DNA of 64,000 nt, from assembly GCA_021513715.1 (NCBI GenBank), contig CP084167.1:128001-192000 (forward strand), read 5' to 3'. The notes beneath the pieces are model-generated. The model worked only from the letters and a program-made list of their open reading frames with translations. It searched no databases and was not told the DNA's origin. The position numbers were made by a program, and so were the translations under genes. Numbering within the stretch: position 1 is the stretch's first letter; every line of letters starts with the position of its first letter. Below are positions 20,231 to 32,600 of this stretch, one piece after another. Origin of the DNA: Candidatus Heimdallarchaeum endolithica (lineage in GTDB: Archaea > Asgardarchaeota > Heimdallarchaeia > Heimdallarchaeales > Heimdallarchaeaceae).

Positions 20231-20573
20231 ATGCCAAAAAAAGACTTTGAATCAAAATACAAGTTTGAATGGAAGTTCATTAAAGAAGCAAAGAAAGAAT
20301 ATATTACTGTTTCTGATAATCAAGATATTTACAGTATATATTCTAAAAAGCATAACAACCCAAACAAAGCCACTTTTATTTTCATTCAAGGTTTTGGTTC
20401 TGAAAAAGAAACATGATAAATATCACAATTATCAAAATTCCAAGAAATTAGAAGAGATTATTCCAAACTGTAAAACATTAACTGTTCCAACATATGATTA
20501 CTTTCATATCAAACCTAGTGTATACGAATTTACACAAACAATGAAAAAAATTGTAGATGAATTCTCTATTTGA
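20231..20573 (+). pseudogene. Alpha/beta hydrolase remnant with central deletion (paralog of 16306-17196)
   Basis: N-terminal FIFIQGFGSEKET joined out of frame to C-terminal HDKYH..LEEIIPNCK at CATG 20412-20415. Confidence 0.75.
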
Positions 20574-20599
20574 TTTTAAACACTTATTTTAGAATGAAA

Positions 20600-20920
20600 T
20601 TAATGTAGTTTATAATTACCACAAACCTTTTTTCTTATTTCTTTACATAAGACTTGTTTTTTTGTTTCATTGAGTGAAAATAATTTTTTTATAATTTTAT
20701 TTAACCCTAAAGTAAAGATATAAGATGTTTTTATTATGCTATCTTTAATCGCACCTTCCTCTCTTGTGACTAAAATCCCTTCTCGTTTAAGATTGCTAGT
20801 CATTCCAACCACAACAACATTTAATGATTCTTGAAAAAGAACCACTGCAGGCCTTTTTTTTGTCTCACTTCTATCTGTAAATTGAATTTCTGCTAAAATA
20901 ATATCTCCAAACTCTAACAC
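20600..20920 (-). CDS. PemK/MazF-family endoribonuclease toxin
   Basis: GDIILAEIQFTD..KKRPAVVL..MTS..G..KDSII; RBS AGGAGG upstream of GTG. Confidence 0.88.
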   Translation of the reverse strand: MLEFGDIILAEIQFTDRSETKKRPAVVLFQESLNVVVVGMTSNLKREGILVTREEGAIKDSIIKTSYIFTLGLNKIIKKLFSLNETKKQVLCKEIRKKVCGNYKLH

Positions 20921-20959
20921 ACTTCTGTTCCTCCTAACATGTGTTACCTTGTATATTTT

Positions 20960-21253
20960 TTAAGCAAGAGTTTCCCATTCTTCATCATATTCATTGTCCC
21001 AAAGTTCTCTCATTTTATCTTTTTGAGCTTCTTCTAAACATTTTATATCATCATCTTCTTCATATATTTGATATTGCTGTTCTTTGAGATTTGGAGCTGA
21101 ATAAATAAATACTTTATGTGTTCTTGAAGTTGTTTCGTTGTGAGTAAAAAGTTCATTAGCTGTAATATCAACTAATTGCGTAATTGCTGTTAAACCACTA
21201 GTTGTGTTTATTTCTTCACCATTAGTATTGTTATTATTATTGGGTTCATCCAT
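20960..21253 (-). CDS. Putative antitoxin (acidic C-terminal WDNEYDEEW motif, DUF2281-like)
   Basis: ATG at 21253 with RBS AGGTGA; directly upstream of the PemK gene; W..E.DE.W..L tail typical of archaeal/bacterial PemK partners. Confidence 0.65.
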   Translation of the reverse strand: MDEPNNNNNTNGEEINTTSGLTAITQLVDITANELFTHNETTSRTHKVFIYSAPNLKEQQYQIYEEDDDIKCLEEAQKDKMRELWDNEYDEEWETLA

Positions 21254-21266
21254 AAAAGTCTCACCT

Positions 21267-22283
21267 TTAAATTTCTGTTTCTTCAAACCATCCTTCTTCA
21301 ACAATTTTTTCTTGGTAACCAATTATTGGGATAAAAGTATTGGGGTGATTACTAATAACTCTTCTCACTTCTTTTTTTGTTTTATACACGTGAAGTAAGG
21401 AATTCGTCTCAATGATTCCTCTATAAAAAGTAAATATATTCTTATCACTATTTCCAAGTAGGGCTTCAGGGTTATATACTGTATCTAACTTCAGTATATT
21501 ACTATATTGATTGAAAAGATTAATAATTTTATCTGTAAATTCTTTTTCTGGCTTAATAATGTTTAACCCCAGTTCTTCTTCTGCTTCTCTTCTACTAATT
21601 ATATAGTTATGAGAAAATCTTTCTCGAACCAAAGTTTGAACTACTTTATCGACTTTTTCTTGGTGACTCCAATGATATTTTAAAAGTTTTTCTGCTAAAA
21701 AAGATATCTCCATTCTAGACCTTTGAACTGCGCCTAATGTTAAAGGGTGTATCTTTTCCACAAGTTTTTCAAAAACAGTTTTTAATGAATCTTCTTTTTT
21801 TAACCCAAATTCACTTTTTGCTAAATCAATAAACGAATTAACATCCTCTACATTTACTGGTGTAATCTGCTGAATTGGTGAACCAGGAGGATGAAATGTG
21901 GGACCTAATGGATGTTGAATAGAAGGATCAACAGGACTTAGTTGACCCATAGGGGTCATAACAATTTCATTTGCACCTAAAGCTATCAATGTCGCACAAC
22001 TTAAAGCCTTAAAAGGAACAATTACATTAAACTCATCGCAAAATTCTCTTATTAAATTTACCAATGCATAACCTGCGATTGTAATTCCTCCTGTGCTGTA
22101 AAGAAATAAGTCTATTTTATTTTGATGTCCAATTTCCATTAAATGTTTATGAAATATAGGGAAAATGTCTGTGGCAATTTTTGTTTCCAATCCTCTTCTA
22201 TCACCTGTAATATAAACTAAAAGCTTAGAATCTCTCTCACTTTCAATGTCGTTGATTAATTTTAATCTCTCTGCTTTTGTCAT
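21267..22283 (-). CDS. ClpP-like serine protease (SDH/peptidase S49-like)
   Basis: DLFLYSTGG, VPFKALSCATLIALGA, LSPVDP, SHNYIISRREA. Confidence 0.88.
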   Translation of the reverse strand: MTKAERLKLINDIESERDSKLLVYITGDRRGLETKIATDIFPIFHKHLMEIGHQNKIDLFLYSTGGITIAGYALVNLIREFCDEFNVIVPFKALSCATLIALGANEIVMTPMGQLSPVDPSIQHPLGPTFHPPGSPIQQITPVNVEDVNSFIDLAKSEFGLKKEDSLKTVFEKLVEKIHPLTLGAVQRSRMEISFLAEKLLKYHWSHQEKVDKVVQTLVRERFSHNYIISRREAEEELGLNIIKPEKEFTDKIINLFNQYSNILKLDTVYNPEALLGNSDKNIFTFYRGIIETNSLLHVYKTKKEVRRVISNHPNTFIPIIGYQEKIVEEGWFEETEI

Positions 22284-22437
22284 TTAAATCAGCTTTAAGC
22301 ATATATACACAAAAAAACCCCTTTTTAAAATATAAAAACTTTGCCTACTAACATATTTTCCTTTAAAAAGAAAAACCAAAATATTAATTAATTCCTTCAT
22401 GAATAAAATAAACATATAATTTAATGGTAGAGTTTGA

Positions 22438-23301
22438 ATGAAGAAGATAGAATATCAATGTAATGTCTGCTTAAAACAAAGAATAATGGCTCTTCCTGAA
22501 AATATAGATTTTAATGTAGATACTAGGGGTTTAATGGATATTATCGATGTTCACAAATGCAAAGGTAATAAGGAAAATGCTATTCTTCTTCATGTTGATT
22601 CTGATTTAAATGTAAGGACACAGATTCCAGTAAAAAAGGAAAATGATGTATCTAGTATTCCTGAACTTCCTCTTCCTTCTCCTCAAAAAGTAGAAAGATC
22701 GAAAATTGAAATTATTACTGATCATCTTATTAGAATCAGAAACATTGATTTCTTTCAAATAAACGATAAAATTAGAAATAAGATCTTTGTTTTTGATCAA
22801 ACTAATAAAAATGATTTAGATAAAATAATTATTGATGACCAATTCCTTGAAATTCAAATATTAACAGAAAAAGAAGTTCAGGAAAATCAAATTAAAAAAT
22901 GGTTAAATGAAATTAAAGAAGCTTACTCTAAAGCGATCTATATTGATATTAAAGCTTTAGAACTTTTACTAAAATTTTTAGATAATAAGATTATTAACGA
23001 AATGAGCTTGAACGATCAAATTGCTTTGGAATTAATATTAAATAGCATTTGTTCAATTCCTCAAACTATTAAAGAAGACATTGAATTTGAAGAGATCTTT
23101 AATGGCATTGATACTGTTGAAAGTCGAAATCTAGATTCTATTCTTGAAAAATGCAAAAACAATGAAAAAAACAATATTCTACAAGTATATAATGAATTAA
23201 AGAATAATTTTTCTTTTAGTGAATATATTTCTATTTTGGCCAATTTAGTAGAGAAAGAAATAATTAAGATATTTACCCTAATGTTTGTAGATAAAAAATA
23301 A
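22438..23301 (+). CDS. Hypothetical protein with N-terminal CxxC...HxC zinc-binding domain (paralog of 45851-46801)
   Basis: CNVC..R..DVHKC..LHVD..VR; C-terminal F..Y...L..LV...I. Confidence 0.75.
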   Translation: MKKIEYQCNVCLKQRIMALPENIDFNVDTRGLMDIIDVHKCKGNKENAILLHVDSDLNVRTQIPVKKENDVSSIPELPLPSPQKVERSKIEIITDHLIRIRNIDFFQINDKIRNKIFVFDQTNKNDLDKIIIDDQFLEIQILTEKEVQENQIKKWLNEIKEAYSKAIYIDIKALELLLKFLDNKIINEMSLNDQIALELILNSICSIPQTIKEDIEFEEIFNGIDTVESRNLDSILEKCKNNEKNNILQVYNELKNNFSFSEYISILANLVEKEIIKIFTLMFVDKK

Positions 23302-23329
23302 TTTTTCTTTTCTCTATTCATATGTATAT

Positions 23330-23890
23330 CTCTTAATAAATAACTTTATACTTCATCTTGATAAGCATGTCCTAAAATCAATTTTTATCAATGGAGGGAT
23401 TTATATTGGAAGTTTGTCTTCTTTCCTAATATTAAAAACCTCACAATGAAAGAGAATTCTTAAAGTTATGAATCTTTCCTTAAAGCTGTGGTAAAAAACC
23501 TCCAAGAACTGGCAAGAGGGGTAGAAAAAATATAGCAGAGAGATGGATAATAGTAGCTCTGGTGGGATTGCAAGAATAGAGAGGATAGCTTTGATGGAGG
23601 AAGTTGGGAGAGAAAATAGCCTATTCTTATTCATGTCATCCCTCCTAAAAGTAATTCTCTTCTCGATTCCCCTCTGCTCGGACTTATAATCCTTATCCAT
23701 CTTTCTATCTTAGTCTCTATAGACATAACTTCCATCTTGAGTATCTTAGTAGCGTTGAACACGTTTTCGGTCTCCTTGAACTCTCTCTTCCACCAATACT
23801 TGATCTTTTACCCTTTACTATCCTCAATACCCTTTACAACCCTTTCATCTGTTATAAGTATCGATGTTCCTATAAAACTCCTAAAAAGAG
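23330..23890. pseudogene. Scrambled, higher-GC gene remnant with a probable CATG-bounded inversion
   Basis: Purine-rich, coding-like strand switches at CATG 23632; second CATG at 23366. Confidence 0.4.
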
Positions 23891-25039
23891 AAAAAAATTT
23901 TTGGATATCTTTTCTTGTTTTATAAACTATTTATTTTATTATTAATTTTATACGTAATAGATAATCGTTTTATTACTGACTATAATAGAAATAATAAAGC
24001 AAAATTTCCTATTTTCTTCTAGGTTTTACTGTCTGAATGTTTTAAAGAGAATAATAATTCACTCCTTATTCTTCAATAAAATTTCATGTAATCTCTCCAA
24101 AAGCAGAAAATGTTGTTTCGTGTATTGATTCAAAGAACTAACAGTAAAGGTATTATCACCCGTAGGTCTAGTGAAGAAAAATAATCTATAAATGGAATAA
24201 GAGAAAAAAGGACAAATAATTGGAGAAATGCTTTCTGATAAACAAGTAAAAGAAGCACTTTGTTCAATCAACAACAGTTTTTTAATAAAAAGATGATGCA
24301 AATGATTAGTCAAAGAACCAAAGCTCTTATGACATTAAATAGATTTTTTGAAAAAAGCAAGAATCAAAAAATAGATTTAAAAAAAAGAGAGTTAAAAGAT
24401 CATATCCTTGAAAGTGAAGAAGCTGATTTGTCTCTTATTCGGTTTCTTTCAGTGTCTTCTAAAGAAGAAGCTAAGTTATTAAGCTAAATAATTAATTTCT
24501 CACAAATAAATAGTCTGGAGAAAATAACTGTAAATAATTTAATTCCTTATTTCTCTTAAAATAGGTCCAAAGAGATTGTTACAAAAATTAGGAATAGATC
24601 AAAGCTAATTACAAAAATGTATTTTTTTACTTACTTGAATTTCTCGCTTAGATAATTCTTTAATCTCATTTACTTTATAAAACTCAATAGAAGTAGATAA
24701 GCATAGTAATATCCTGAAGGAAGTGTAAGTTCAACATAACAATACAAACAGTTAGAATAATAGAGAGTCAAAAGAAATCTAAATGGAGAAAAATATTGTT
24801 TTTCAATTCCTTAATTTCTAAATAAGCATAATAAGCAGTTAATATGTAGGTTTAATGAATGTTATTTTTGGAAGAGTAACCCTCAGTACAAGATGAAGCA
24901 CTAGTTCCAACTAAAGAAAGAGCAACAGCTAAAAGAATAAAAATACAATTTTTTTAGACGATTCACTGATGCAATAGTTCTTTTATTATTTGTATATTTT
25001 TCATTTCTTTGTACATTATATTTTAAAAAAGTAAAAAAA

Positions 25040-26257
25040 TTAAAAAAAGAAAAAGTTTACAAAAAAAGTAGGAAACAGTCTCAGATAATAAAATGTGAAA
25101 AGAAAAAAATTACAAAAATAGGAAAATGGAACTATCTCCGTCGAATAAATAGAAAAACTAGTCCCCCCATAGTAACAAGACCAAAAACTGAAGCAAGAGC
25201 AATAAGAATAAATAATAGCTTCGGACGGTGTAGAAACAACTATAATGTTTGAATATTCATTCTTATCATAATTCCAAGGATAAATTACTTTTAGATCGTT
25301 AATTCTTGATATTTCTTGTTGAAATTGGAAATCGTCTATACTTGGGTTGTAATTATAAATTTTTATTCTACCAAATACATATAATACTGCTACATTCGGA
25401 TTACCATCATTATCTAAATCACTTACAAAAATAGATCTACCTCCATTATAAAAAGAATAATCTGTGGAAGAAAAAAACCCATTCTCTAACTCTAATCTAG
25501 TCCATACACCTGAATAATAACCCCAATTACAAACTAAATCTACATTTCCATCTAAGTCAAAATCATAACTATCACAATCATATAATCCATCATTCTTAAT
25601 GTAAGTATCTGAAGAAACATTGACAAGTCCAGTCCCATTCCACTTTTTCCAGATAAAAATGTTATCAAGATAATTATCAGAATATGTTTTTTCTAGCAGA
25701 TAAGCTTCATTATCTGTATATGCTTCAACAGGATAGTAAAGAGTTGGTCCTGTTGTGCTAATACTCAAAAGATCATTAGAAAAAGTCCTTGTAGTTTTAT
25801 TATATTCTAAAAATTTGGTATAACCTGGTTCATCTCTATCTTGAACTTGTCCATTAACATCTGAAAGTGTAATAATTTCTGGGATTTTATCTTTGTCCAA
25901 ATCACATACATGATATAAAACTCTTCCAGTAAAAGATTCATTTTTTTCAACCCATTTAGAGCTTTATAGTAAAGATGATAAAAGAATTCTATCTTTCACA
26001 CTAGATCCTGTATCGTTTTTTAGACTATTACCATTATCTTTTTTATTTGAAATGTCAACTATATCCCCAATAATGTTGTTTAAAGAATAAATCTCATTCT
26101 TACTATTTTCATCATTTTGTAGGTTAAAAAACATCTTATTTTCATTATTGTTTATCATTACTACTGTTGGAAAAATAACTAAAAATAACAATAACGAATT
26201 TCTAACTGTTGTTATCAAGGAAATTAATATTTGTTTACATTTAAAAATTTTGCTCAA
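25040..26257 (-). pseudogene. Secreted FG-GAP/VCBS-repeat surface protein pseudogene
   Basis: DLDKDKIPEI, DFDLDGNVDL, DLDNDGNPNV repeats; N-terminal TM; in-frame TAA at 25964; out-of-frame C-terminal anchor FILIALASVFGLVTMGGLVFLFIRRR. Confidence 0.7.
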
Positions 26258-26641
26258 TTTTTAATGTATTAGAGTTTAGTTTTTAACCACCTTCAATTTA
26301 AAAGAAACAGAAAGGAGGAAGATGCTAACTCTGAAGCATTAAAATGAATTAATGTGGAATATAAAAGGAATAAGGAAAACCAACAGATGTTCAGAACAAA
26401 AAATACTCTGATTGAGCAATTGCAACAAAAGATTGAATAGAGCTATGTATAGGTTTTTCGAGTGACAATAAAAATTCAAAGAAAAAGATATAACCACAAA
26501 AAATCAATTATAAAAAAACAAATACGATATAAAGAGTATTCTAAATTTTTCCATCAGTGATAATTCTGTTTGATTAAGTTTCTCGCTATTTGAAATAGAA
26601 AAGAAAAGTTAAGGAAAACAAAAAAGAGGAAGAAGATTGTT

Positions 26642-29600
26642 TTAAATTTTACCCTTTCCTTCCTTTTCAAATTCTTCAAACTGTCGTAAAAGTTCAGAAA
26701 TTGCTTGTTCAACATCACTGTTGTCTTTGTTTAAAAGTTGATCTCTTTGAATTATAACATCATCTTTATCAATAAGAATGTGTTTAGAATTTAGACCTAT
26801 TAACCATTCTTCTAGCTTTGTTGTATCTGTAAAAGAGAGAAAACTAGCAAGTTTTTCTAGTGAAATTCTAGTGTAAGAATTGATTATTTTAGCAAATTTC
26901 ATTAAACGATTATATTTATCGTTAAGAGATATTTTTATTCTCTCTGTTTCTTTTAGTAATTCATTTATCTCTTGTATAATATCTTGTGTATTATTTATTC
27001 CGATTTCTTGATAAAGATCAATTGGAATTTTCTCTATGTTTGATTTAGCGTTTTCTAGTTTGTTTTGAATTTGATTTAGGAGATTAGTTGCTTTGTCTAT
27101 TTCTGAAATTTCATATTCGTTAACATTTTCGAGTGAAATTAGTTTCTCTTTTAGTTCTTCTATAATAGCTTTTATTTTAGTTATGTTATTTGTAATTGAT
27201 TGTTTAAAGGATGAAAAGTCTTGGAAACCAAGTTTTTCAATAAAAGATTTCGTCTTTGCATCTTTAAAACCTAGTGAAATAGCTTGTTCCCATTCTATTT
27301 TTGAACTAAATCCTAAACTCTCTGCTTTTAACCATTGATTCTTTGTTTCAAAGCCAAGTTCTTTAGCTTTTTCCCATTCTTTTTTATCAGCAAAACCAAG
27401 AGAAATTGCTTGTTTCATCTCATCCTTTGTTGTAAAACCTAGTTCATTTGCTTTCTTCTGCTCTTCAAATGTGTTAAATCCTAAACTTTTAGCTTTTCGT
27501 TGTTCATCAAGTGTTAAGAACCCTACACGTTTAAGTTCAGACCATTCATTGACACTTTGTGCTCCAGAATTTAAGAACTGCGTATAATCTTGTTTTGAAG
27601 AAAAACCTTGTTTGATAAGATTCTTCATTTCTTTTATTGATTGGAATCCTAGTTTATTCTTTTTCCTATTTGATAAACTTCTTCTAATAATAAGGATGAA
27701 AATTATAAATGTAAGAGTAACAGAAACCATTATAAGTATCTTTTTAGTTAGAGTAATAATTTGCTTAATGTGCTCATTTGATCTTGAATCCAATGGATTA
27801 AATCCTTCTTCAACTTCCTCATAATCCGTAAATCCATCATTATCAGTATCTGAATCATTTGGATCTGTTTTATATTGTTTTATTTCGTCTCCATCTGTTA
27901 ATCCATCATTATCAGTATCTGAATCATTTGGATCTGTTTTATATTGTTTTATTTCGTCTCCATCTGTTAATCCATCATTATCAGTATCTGAATCATTTGG
28001 ATCTGTTTTATATTGTTTTATTTCGTCTCCATCTGTTAATCCATCATTATCAGTATCTGAATCATTTGGATCTGTTTTACTATTATATTCTTGAAGATTA
28101 GTTAATTCATCAGTGTCAGGGTCTAAACTAGCATCATCTGTTAATGGGTCGAGAGAATTATTCACTTCCCAACCATCAGGCATACCATCAGAATCAGAAT
28201 CATTATCCAAGGGGTCAGTAGAGTATAAGTTAATTTCGTCTCCATCTGTTAATCCATCATTATCAGTATCTGAATCATTGGGGTCAGTATTGCTATTGTA
28301 TTCCTGAAGATTTGTTAATCCATCAGTGTCAGAGTCTAAACTAGCGTCATCTATTGATGGGTCAAGAGAATTGTTCACTTCCCAACCATCAGGCATACCA
28401 TCAGAATCAGAATCAGAGTTATTAGGGTCTGTAGAGTAAATGTTAACCTCATCACCATCATTTAAACCATCACTGTCGGTGTCAGAATCATTAGGGTCTG
28501 TATCAGCAGCTTGATATTCTTCTAAGTTAGTTAACCCGTCAGTGTCAGGGTCTAAACTAGCGTCATCTGTTAATGGGTCAAGAGAATTGTTCACTTCCCA
28601 ACCATCAGGCATACCATCAGAATCAGAATCAGAGTTATTAGGGTCTGTATAGTAAGTGTTAACTTCTTCTCCATCTGTTAGACCATCATTATCTGTATCT
28701 GCATCATTTGGGTCAGTATTACTATTATACTCTTGAAGATTAGTCAATTCATCTTCATCAGCATCTGAAGAACTATCATCTGTTAATGGGTCGAGATAAT
28801 TGTTCACTTCCCAACCATCAGGAATACCATCAGAATCAGAATCATCATTTTGTGGGTCAGTACCACTATTATATTCTTGAAGATTAGTCAGTTCATCTGA
28901 ATCAGGATCTAAACTAACATCGTCTGTTAATGGGTCAAGGGAATTATTCACTTCCCAATCATCTGTTAATCCATCGTTGTCAGAATCACTATCCAAAGGG
29001 TCAGTGGAGTATGAGTTAACTTCTTCTCCATCTGTTAGACCATCACTGTCAGTGTCAGAATCTAAAGGATCAGTATCGTAAGTGTTAACTTCTTCTCCAT
29101 CAGTTAGACCATCACTGTCAGTGTCAGAATCTAAAGGATCAGTACCAGCTTGATATTCTTCTAAATTATTTAAACCATCACCATCCGGGTCTTCAACATT
29201 GTCATCAGTTAAAGGATCTAAACTGTTTTCTACTTCCCAACCATCAGGCATACCATCAGAGTCAGTGTCAGAATCTAAAGGATCAGTACCAGCTTGATAT
29301 TCTTCTAAATTAGTTAATTCATCAATGTCAAGATCGTCGTCGGCATCATTAACAGTGGCATTAAGACCATAGTTCACTTCCCAACCATCAGGCATACCGT
29401 CACTATCAGTGTCAGAATCTAAAGGGTCAGTACCGTAAGTATTAACCTCTTCTTCATCATCAATTCCGTCACCATCAGTATCAGGTTTAAGAGGGTCAGT
29501 ACTGTAAGTGTTAATCTCGTCTCCATCAGTTAGACCATCAGAGTCAGTGTCAGAGTTATTAGGATCTGTAACAGCTTGATATTCTTCTAAATTAATTAAA

Positions 29601-32600
29601 CCATCACCATCCGGGTCTTCAGAAGAATCATCAGTTAAGGGGTCCAAACTGTTATCTACTTCCCAACCATCCGACATACCATCAGAGTCAGTGTCAGAAT
29701 CTAAAGGGTCAGTACCGTAAGTATTAACCTCTTCTTCATCAGTTAGACCATCAGAGTCAGTGTCAGAATCTAAAGGGTCAGTACCGTAAGTATTAACCTC
29801 TTCTTCATCAGTAAGACCATCAGAGTCAGTGTCAGAATCTAAAGGGTCAGTACCGTAAGTGTTAACCTCTTCTTCATCAGTAAGACCATCAGAGTCAGTG
29901 TCAGAATCTAAAGGGTCAGTACCGTAAGTATTAACCTCTTCTTCATCAGTAAGACCATCAGAGTCAGTGTCAGAATCTAAAGGGTCAGTACCGTAAGTAT
30001 TAACCTCTTCTTCATCAGTAAGACCATCAGAGTCAGTGTCAGAATCTAAAGGGTCAGTACCAGCTTGATACTCCTCTAAATTAGTTAAACCATCACTATC
30101 CGGGTCTTCAGAAGAATCATCAGTTAAGGGGTCCAAACTGTTATCTACTTCCCAACCATCAGGCATACTATCACTGTCAGTGTCAGAATCTAAAGGGTCA
30201 GTACCGTAAGTATTAACCTCTTCTTCATCAGTAAGACCATCAGAGTCAGTGTCAGAATCTAAAGGATCTGTACCAGCTTGATACTCCTCTAAATTAGTTA
30301 AACCATCACTATCCGGGTCTTCAGAAGAATCATCAGTTAAGGGATCTAAACTGTTCTCTACTTCCCAACCATCAGGCATACTATCACTGTCAGTGTCAGA
30401 ATCTAAAGGATCTGTATTGTAAGTGTTAACCTCTTGGCTGTCAGTTAATCCGTCATCATCAGTATCGTTTTTTAGGGGGTCAGTACCGTAAGTGTTAACC
30501 TCTTGGCTGTCAGTTAATCCGTCACCATCAGTATCATTAACAGGATAAAGGTCAACAGAGCTGCTAGAACCATCAATATTATAGGAACCTATTCCATTCC
30601 AATCAGACCAATAGTTACCTATTTGTATTGTATTGTTATACCATATGTTTTCTTGACCAGAATCATAAGCTTGAGAGGATACTTGAAAATTGTTATCTAT
30701 AAAAATATTAGAGTAAATAGTAGCATAATCAGAAGAAGACAAGTATATTCCATATTCCGTATTGTTCATAATTAAGTTCATTACAATAGTAGCAGAATCA
30801 GAATAACACAAATATATTCCATTACGGTTATTTGTTATAGTATTACCAGTAATATTTAGGTAGTTACAATACCGTCCATATAGACCAGTATCAGTATAAC
30901 TCAAGTTCTGGTTAGCAATGGTAAGATGAGAACAGTTAATTAGAATAAGCTGACCATAGTAATCCGATTGGTCAATAACCATATTAGAAGCATTAACAAA
31001 ATAGCCTAAAGGTTTTCCATTTACCAAGTTGTCCTCTACAGTTAAAGAGAAATAATCACTAATGTAATAACTATAAATGTGCAGCCCATTATTCATAAAG
31101 ATATTACCAGTAATAGTAGCATTAGAAGAATACAATAAGTATATTCCATCATCGTTATTTGTTATATTATTACCAGTAAGAGTAACAGAATCAGAATGAT
31201 CCAAGTATATTCCATCATTTTTATTGCTTGTTATAGAATTATTAGTTATAGTAGCAGAATCAGAATAATACAATTTTATTCCATAGTCGTTATTTGTTAT
31301 ACTATTACCAGTAATAGTAACATTAGAAGAATAATACAAATATATTCCATCATTTTTATTGCTTGTTATAGAATTATTAGTTATAGTAGCAGAATCAGAA
31401 TGATACAAGTTTATTCCATAATCTTTATTGTTTGTTATATTATTACCAGTAATAGTAGCATTAGAAGAATACAATAAGTATATTCCATCATCGTTATTGC
31501 TTGTTATAGTATTACCAGTAATATTTAGATAGCTACAATACCATCCATATAGACCAATATCAGTATAACTCAAGTTCTGGTTAGCAATGGTAAGATGAGA
31601 ACAGTTAATTAGAATAAGCTGACCATAGTAATCCGATTGGTCAATAACCATATTAGAAGCATTAACAAAATAGCCTAAAGGTTTTCCATTTACCAGGTTG
31701 TCCTCTACAGTTAAAGAGGAATAAACACTAAGTTCACTAGTACTAATGTACAGTCCATCATTAATAAAAACATTACCAGTAAGAGTAGCATTAGAAGAAG
31801 ACCCCATGATTATTCCATCCCCGTTATTGTCTATTATAATATTACCAGTAAGAGTAGCATTAGAAGAAGAATACAATTTTATTCCATAGTCGTTATTGCT
31901 TGTTATTGTATTACCAGAAATAGTAATATTAGAAGAATCAACCAAGTATATTCCCCCCCCGTAGTTATTGTCTGTTATAATATTACCAGTAATAGTAGCA
32001 TTAGAAGAATACAATAAGTATATTCCATCATCGTTATTATTTGTTATATTATTACCAGTAATAGTAGCATTAGAAGAAGAATACAAATATAGTCCATAAT
32101 CGTTATTATTTGTTATATTATTACCAGTAATAGTAGCATTAGAAGAAGACCGCAAGTATATTCCATAATATTTATTGTTTGTTATAGTATTACCAGTAAT
32201 AGTAGCAGAATCAGAATATTCCAAGAATATTCCAAACACGTTATTTGTTATAGTATTACCAGTAAGAGTAACAGAAGAAGAATCAACCAAGTATATTCCA
32301 TAATCTTTATTGTTTGTTATAGTATTATCAGTAATAGTAGCAGAATCAGAATAAACCAAATATATTCCATAATCTTCATTGCTTGTTATAGTATTACCAG
32401 TAATATTTAGATAGCTACAATACCATCCATATAGACCAATATCAGTATAACTCAAGTTCTGGTTAGCAATGGTAAGATGAGAACAGTTAATTAGAATAAG
32501 CTGACCATAGTAATCCGATTGGTCAATAACCATATTAGAAGCATTAACAAAATAGCCTAAAGGTTTTCCATTTACCAGGTTGTCCTCTACAGTTAAAGAG

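Noticed and set aside
20960-21322. 120-aa version of the antitoxin ORF starting at TTG 21322
   Set aside because: It overlaps the protease gene; the ATG at 21253 has a good RBS.
25909-25912. CATG in the FG-GAP pseudogene as a junction
   Set aside because: The reading frame runs sensibly through it (YHVCDLDKD); the lesion is a point stop at 25964.
6177-25966. In-frame TAA stops (6177, 17665, 25964) as stop-codon recoding
   Set aside because: All occur in genes with other lesions, and TAA terminates many intact genes in the window.
27831-30061. Regular repeats resembling a CRISPR array
   Set aside because: Contiguous 69-bp in-frame coding repeats with no unique spacers and no cas genes.
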